A stretch of 64,000 nt of DNA from assembly GCF_009914755.1 (NCBI RefSeq), contig NC_060936.1; one strand, given 5' to 3'. Below are positions 56,546 to 64,000 of this stretch, piece after piece. The notes below the pieces were generated by a model. That model searched no databases, had not been told where the DNA came from, and saw only the letters and a program-made list of their open reading frames with translations. Positions within the stretch are counted from its first letter, which is position 1. The number at the start of each line of letters is the position of its first letter. Origin of the DNA: the human T2T-CHM13v2.0 reference genome, Homo sapiens. A program made the position numbers and the translations under genes.

Positions 56546-58689
56546 CTTTAAGAGAAAATATGATCATTTATTCAGTACATTTTAGCCAAATACTAAAACA
56601 ATGTGGACAACAAGGAAATCAAGATGTATGAAGTAGCAAAATGTGCTATGAAAAGACAGAAAGCATGTTGATCCCTTCATGTCTTCATTCATTTCTCATA
56701 CAAAACTTGATTAAGTGTGCATTTTACAGACAAAGAAAGTGAACCAAGATCTTTTGTGACTCTTTGAAAGGTGAGCAGAGCCAGTCTCTGGGTCTATCTC
56801 TTTGTAGACCCTGTGAAACTGTCTCTGGGTCTATCATCTCTCCATTCTACCAGTTCTAAACTTCGGGTTATATGGTTGCATGACTGATTGAGCAAGTGAT
56901 GTTAATCCATCAAATTTTAATTTTTCTTTCTAATTTAAGAAGCTTGGCCTTAATCATCATAGAATTTTCAATTACAAGTTGAACTTTATTTTCATTGAAA
57001 CTACGGCAAAGCCATACACATACACACACACACGCATACACACACACTGCCTGATTTTTACTTTACAAATAGATTTAACAACAGAGGCATTTTCTCTGCT
57101 CTTATACTGATTGGATAAAGTATGATTTTTCTGAAGTACAATTTTTTTGTTGATTAAGAAATAATTTTGACATTTCCTAGATCAGCTGGTATTTGGAAAT
57201 GCTGGGATATAATGGGACAGCTGGTGATACAGTAATGCAGTGCTGCAATTAAGAACATTTTCTAGGGTTTATTAAGTTTTCAGTGAGAATTCTCTAAATA
57301 ATTAATTACATGAGGAATGCTAATTTGTGCTTAAAGTATAATTCTATTACTGATAATTCATTTTGTATACACATGACATTCACCAGACTCCAGAGAGCCG
57401 CTTACAATTATAATTTTGGCCTCATCACCCATCTCCCTGGCCCCAATACTGCTCAGTCAGCATACAATCCTCACTTCTTTACTCTTTTCTTCAGTGCTTA
57501 GATAATGCATTTGGGTTGAAAACATTGTTTTCAATTTTACCTTTCTACACATGTTCATGAGTCAATGCTTGGGCTGAAACGCTGCTAGTATACATAATTA
57601 ACAGAGAGCTACTGTTCAATAATTTGTCAAGGTGTACAATATATATCATAATTATGTAAAATCTGTATATTACCAATAATAAGATAATTATCCCAATGCA
57701 GAAGACATTTTTTAATCTCCCTTACTTCTTGGATATGTAAATATAACTCATTATGTTCAAATACTTTCAGTAAATAATACTTTTTATATCTAAATTTGCT
57801 TTTACAATTTTCACATTACTTTGGGACATAAATATGCACCAATGGTAACACTCAGTGGTCACAAACACTTCTCCATTATTCTCTAATATGTTAATAATTT
57901 ACAACAATTACCCTATACACATGCTAAAATGGGAAACAAGAATTAGATGATAATCTAGGTCTCACTTTCCACAGTCTTCTACAATCCCCATTGGTCTTTG
58001 TGTTTCATTCCAATTAATGAAGAAAAGGACAGTCATTTAGGCAATACTGTATTAGCATGAAGTCCTATAAAATATCTCCCACTTTTCAGCATGTCTGGTT
58101 TAAAACACTGTAGACAGCAAGAAGTGGAGGCTGTGCTTTTGAGAGCAAGAAGAGAGATGGTGTGTAAGTGGTGGAGGGGTCAGGTCTACTCTTCAGGTGT
58201 GCAGACCATCTGGTCCTCAAGCAGGTGGAGATTATGAACCCCAGTCTCCCACCATTACCTCTTCCTGGAAAGGTGTATGAGACAGATTTGCATTTCTTTC
58301 TAGCCATGGGAGACACAATGAAGTTAGAAACCCTTTTATTTATCCCCTTCGTCTAACTTGAATCAAAGCAGATAGCCAGATGCTGCTTTAATTTGACTTT
58401 TTGGCTGCCTTTTAAGTATAAAGAAATCTTGCTTTGAGAAATCTTTCTTTATAATAAAGGTTCTTTTTTAGTACTGAAAAAGAGTCACTGGGGAAATTTA
58501 TGTAGATAGTTTTAAAATGGTCTTATCAAAATACAGAGTTAAATTTAAATAATCTAATAGTCTATTCTTATTTCCTGTACCTTCAAAGGACAGATGGCAA
58601 CATATTGTATTTCTTGCCCATGGAAACAATGTCTTTCAGGTTAAAAAATGTGTAGATGTTGGCTTTATGTGGTTAGCTGATGAAATCTG

Positions 58690-59071
58690 TGATATGGTTT
58701 GGCTCTGTGTCCCCACCCAAATCTCATCTAAAATTGTAATTCCCATGTGTTGAGGGAGGGACCTGTAATCCCCACATGTAGAGGGAGGGAAGTGACTGGA
58801 TTATGGGGGTGGTTCCCCCATGCTGTTCTCGTGATAGTGAGTGAATTCTCACAAGATCTTATGGTTTTATAAATGGCCCTCTTTCCTGCCCTCTCACATG
58901 CTCTCTCTCTCTCCTGCCACCATGTAGGATATGACTGTTTCCCCTTCCACCATGATTCTAAGTTTTCTGAGGCCTTCCCAGCCATGTGGAACTGTGAGTC
59001 AATTAGACCTCTTTCCTTTATAAATTACCCAGTCTCATTTCTTTATAGCAGTGTGAAAACAGACTAATACA
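58690..59071 (+). mobile_element. MSTA/MSTB MaLR solo LTR
   Basis: tgatatggtttggctctgtgtccccacc...gactaataca; TSD atctg/atttg. Confidence 0.88.
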
Positions 59072-61459
59072 ATTTGCCAGTTGGATTTAGGTCAGTCAGT
59101 TCATATGTGTGATATATACACTTACTCTAGAGTAGATTTGGAAGTGTCATGAGAGGCTCCTCTGATAGGAGAGCAACAATTTGACTAGTCAGAGATTTTT
59201 CTATATTAAACATGAGTTTAATATAGAAATTTTTTTTAACCCATGAAGAGATGTGTTTGGAAAGGAAAAAAGGAAAAATATTTTAGAGAAGCACCTGTTG
59301 TCGCCTAGCAGAATAATCTACTTTTCTAGTACTGGGCCCAGAAGTTTTTCTATCCCATTAGAACTTCCATCATGGTGAAAACAGAAACCAGGTGTTACAG
59401 GAGCCTAATTCCCTGTTCCCATGTTTCCAGAGGAAAATTTCACTCTAACTTCTGGGAAGGCAACTTCCCTTTTCATCTACAATCTTCATTTACCTTTCTG
59501 CATGGAAAGAGGAATAGGATTACTAAGATTAGGAGAAATAACTGAGCTTGAATCACTCTCATTTGGAGCAGCACTATCCTGAGGATAAGTATAATTTCTC
59601 TCGGTGGCATGCTTAATAGGCAAAACTCCGCCTCTATAAGGAGAAGTCCTGGAGATAAGAATGAGATAATTTAATTTTGGAGGGAAAAAGTAATGGGAAT
59701 GTGATTGTCCACAGGTTAACCCAAGTTCTCAAATTCTGCATTGCTAGTAATAAAGCTGATAGAGTGATCCGAATGATTCTTGCATATATTTTTTTCCAGT
59801 TAGTTCAGGACCTCACAGAGAGAAAATGATGAATTATCATACCTTAAAACCCTAACAAATTTGCTGGGAACTAAAGAAACGAAGAAAATAAATAGCTGTG
59901 GCTATTGGATAAGGGCAGTAGCAAAACGGCTGTGCCTGCTGCTCTGTATAGAAATGTGTTACCAGAAATATATGCCAGGAAGGGTCAGTGGCTTTGCATT
60001 TATGAATCAGGTGTGGGAGCTCTCAAAGAAAAAGAACTGATTGAGGTTTACCATCTCTGAGGTCATATGCCTAAAGGTGGACTTCCATAGGAGTCTGAGA
60101 GACCTGAGATATACCCATGAAAGATACATCCTTCAAAGGCAAAAGCAAATAGTAGCCAAAGAAGAAAGCATGAGTTATTTTAGCCTACCAATTGGTGAAG
60201 TTTGTGAATCACAGTCTATCACTAGTTAATGCAGATTATCAAGTGTGCAAAGCATGGAGAGGAAAGATGTCTTAGCCTTCCTGTCTCCAGAGAGGTATCT
60301 GAAATTCATGCCCGAAGTACAACTCAAGTAGATGCTAATAGAGATAGAGAAAATAACAGGAGAAGCAGTGTTGGTGAGGGATAAATGACTTGCTTTTGAA
60401 ACTGTAAGATTATCATGCTAGAAAGGATGACCAGCCAAGATTAGAATTTAGGGATTCCAGGGTCAGCAATACAACTTGCCTGTGGTGCTTTACCTGAGAC
60501 TGACAGCTCTTTATTATTCTCATGCAGGAGGGACTGGTGGTTAAATAAGAATCACCTCAGTGATAATTACAATCTAGTTAGCCACCTATGTGCTTAAGTT
60601 AACCAGTAACTTACAAAGATTGTGTCAAACATTCTAAAACCATTCTCATTTCCAAAGCCTCAAGCTAAATAAGCTGCCATTGTTAATATAAAACACCTGA
60701 ACCCGGTGAATATTATGTGGCTGTGTACTTGCTGTCTAGCACAAAGTTCTCTTAAAGGAATTTATCAGATGACTACGAACATTTACCCAGATCACTCGTT
60801 ACACAAACATTTGTCTCTTAATGGGCATTTGAACAAGCCTTGAGCCTGAATGAAAAACTACCCAGTATGCCAATTTAGCATAATTATATAAAGTCTCATT
60901 AAATTTCAGCTGGTCAGCTCCATTTTCATTTTACTTTTCTCTTTCATATGACACAACTTCTTTATTTATAAGGCTAATGTCTATCAACTAGCTAGAGCCC
61001 GAAAACCCATTAAATTAGCATATTATGCTTATGTTAACATTTCTTTTCACAACCTAATGATTTATTAATTTAGCACTCATCCTTAAAGGGTTTTAGTGAA
61101 CACAGAGTGTGTTTTGCCTTGGGAACAAAAACTCAATTTATCACTCTGTCAGTCTTAGGAGATATTATTTTGAGGTACAAACTATCTCTAATGAAATAGA
61201 AAGCTACATGTTGAAATAATCTATAAACTAGAGAGATAATATCCTAGTGAAAAGACAGGATCTTTTAATTGGCACACCTGAATAGACATCATCATGAGCT
61301 ATCTATGTATATGTCTAATTATGGACACATGAACATTATATACAAACCCAAATACACAGTCACATCCTTCTAAAGAGACAAGAATGGCAGAAACCCAAGA
61401 GCACGTTACATTAGATTAAATGAACTCCCAAGGAATATTATTGAAATTTTACTACTCAC

Positions 61460-61517
61460 CATCAAATTCTGCTGGTCCAACACCTACTATAATTATTGAC
61501 ATTGGAAGTTTTGAGGC
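61460..61517 (-). CDS. CPNE8: Copine-8 coding exon (58 nt)
   Basis: aag|GCC acceptor, G|gtgagt donor; encodes ASKLPMSIIIVGVGPAEFD (copine PMSIIIVGVG motif). Confidence 0.95.
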
Positions 61518-61580
61518 CTTCAAAGAGAATATACAATTAGGTTTCAATTAAGAAATTGAGTTCTTAAGAAAATAATTAAA

Positions 61581-61890
61581 GGCCAGGCATGATATCTCAC
61601 TCTTGAAATCCCAGCACTGTGGGAGGCCAAAGAAGGAGGATTGCTTGAGGCCAGGAGTTTGAGAACAGCCTGGGCAACATAGTGAGACCCCATCTACACC
61701 AAAAAATAATTAGCCAGGTGTGGTGGTGTGTGCCTGAAGTCCTAGCTACTTGGGAGTCTGAGGTGGAGGGATCACCTGGGCCTAGGAATTTGAGGCTGCA
61801 GTGAGCTATGATCGTGCCACTGCACTCCAGCCTGGGCAACAGGGTGAGAGCCTGTCTAAAAAAAAAAAAAAAATTAAAAAAGAAAAAATA
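61581..61890 (+). mobile_element. AluJ-type, antisense to CPNE8
   Basis: J diagnostics (ggaggattgcttgaggcc, gggcaacatagtgagacc, gagctatgatcg); aataattaa on both flanks. Confidence 0.88.
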
Positions 61891-63070
61891 ATAATTAAGA
61901 AGCAAATATAACCAGAGTTTTATTTAATATTTTTTCACAGATGTTCATTAAAATAATTTGTGAGCATATTCAAAATTGTTAATACAGAATAATATACTTG
62001 ATTCCATTCTTATCCTTTCCAAACTCTCTGCACACATTAATCCAGTGGGACATTCTTCGGAAATGACCAGCCCTGGGTAAGATCAAATAGAAGGTAAGGA
62101 GCATCTACTTCCACTTTCTACTCTCAGACAAAACCTTTCTAAGCTGACTTTGGGTATCTTTTTCCTCTTTTCATGTTCTTTCTCCTCCAAAAATATTTCA
62201 GTTGCTAAAGGGGGAAAGTGGTAACAGATTCATAAAATAGTAGTAGTACCATAATCTACCTCATTTATACCCAAGGTTAGAAAAAGCAATTTTCACAGTA
62301 AATGTGTGAATACAAATGATCATTACAGAAAGTTAGTACTGTTATGCACTAAATATCCTTGAGATTTTGAGGGAGACTAAATATTTCATGTTATAACATG
62401 TTTTTTCCATATAATACATCACATATCATCACTTAAATAATTTAATAGTAAGAATGTGAGATTGATCCAGCAATAGATAGATGGAACACTAGAGCAATCA
62501 CATCTTTCGCTATGAAGGTCACTGAAATATGACTGATTATTCCTCAGGGCATCATGTCTTCTTAGTTAAACCTAAATTACCAAGTCCATATTTTAAAGTG
62601 CATATTAATGCCACTCATTCCTGCAGCCTATATTTATCAAATGTCTACTTCGTGCCAAACATTGCTAAACCTAGAGACTTTACAAATTACCATCTAGTAA
62701 ACATAGATTTTATAGATTAGTAAACAATCAAATAACCCTAAAAAAACAAACATACAATTAGGAATTATAATGAGCAGGATGGTTTTTTAATCAATCAGTC
62801 ACTATCCAGTTCTACAGAAATAGCAATTAGCTATCATAGTTCTCCTCTAACTGGAATGTAAATGTTAAGAAATAACCAGTATAAATCACAAGATTGTACA
62901 CAAATACATCAAACTAATAGAGGTTAACAAACCCATGCCTGTGAAAATTATGCTATTATCTTTTTTTTTCTTTAGGCAAAAATTTTTTTTAACTAAAATA
63001 ATTAATATCCCTTAGCTTGATCCCCCTGGATCAGTGGTACAGATGTATATGAGTTGTCTGGATAAGGTTA

Positions 63071-63427
<357 letters not shown>

Positions 63428-63609
63428 TTATGCAAACTTTCAAATACACAATTATCTGAAATAACACACTAGAACAATTGCAATGTTAGTGCATGCTGGC
63501 ACACAGAAATATCTAGTTGCCTAAAAGTTCATTTACTAATACAAAGTGTGCTAGATGAGTGACTATTTAGTACAAAGAAATGGACATAGCTTTTGGAAAT
63601 GGACTTATC

Positions 63610-63790
63610 CTGACTAAGCAACACATTATGTAAGTGATCTTCAGTAAATTACCTAAGCTATGTGAAAGTTATTTTCTTAGCTTTAAAACTGAGACAATAA
63701 CACTTACATCTTTATACTGCTGCATGAATTAATGAAGAATTGCATGTATGGTACTCAATATAAGCATTGTATAAATGATAGCAATAATCA
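63610..63790 (+). mobile_element. MIR
   Basis: 'gtgatcttcagtaaattacctaagct...tttaaaactgagacaataacacttac...gtactcaata'. Confidence 0.5.
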
Positions 63791-63799
63791 TAAGTGCTT

Positions 63800-63915
63800 T
63801 TGGTTTTTGAACTACATAGAGGTAATGGTTGCAACATTACAAATTTACTAAATGTCATTGAATGGTATACGTTTAAATGGTGAATTTTATTATGAAAATT
63901 TCACCTCAATAAAAT
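63800..63915 (+). mobile_element. L1M 3' terminal fragment
   Basis: 'gtaatggttgcaacatt...atgtcattgaat...aaatggtgaattttat...cctcaataaa'. Confidence 0.6.
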
Positions 63916-64000
63916 TACACAATAGAAGAAATATTTTTGACACATCCACAGTCAAGTCTTAATATATGTTAAATCTATGAAAGATGAGACGGAGAGTTAT

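Noticed and set aside
58736-58792. ~29-bp tandem duplication in the MST LTR
   Set aside because: Diverged copies, likely a subfamily feature rather than a locus-specific event.

Overview
AT-rich primate (human-type) genomic DNA. The right 26 kb holds the 3' end of the copine-8 gene CPNE8 on the minus strand: four coding exons at 63197-63299, 61460-61517, 56472-56545 and 39624-39812, encoding the C-terminal part of the vWA domain plus a Pro-rich tail, followed by a ~1.7 kb 3'UTR. The rest is mostly transposable-element sequence: Alus, L1s of several ages, L2/MIR, MaLR and ERV LTRs, a MADE1 MITE, and a HERV-W processed pseudogene nested in a MaLR LTR. I see no convincing wholly new gene system. 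The most unusual observations are: (i) a perfect 126-bp inverted templated insertion with fold-back junctions; (ii) an intronic L1PA with a ~150-bp 5' extension inside its TSDs, an in-frame RT deletion, and an intact, extended antisense ORF0 pointing at the last CPNE8 exon; (iii) two twin-primed 5'-inverted L1s; (iv) non-consensus variants shared by two neighbouring L1s; (v) an Alu-flanked 132-nt phase-0 exon pair that could circularise into a stop-free ORF. Repeat subfamily names come from recalled consensus sequences and need RepeatMasker/Dfam confirmation.
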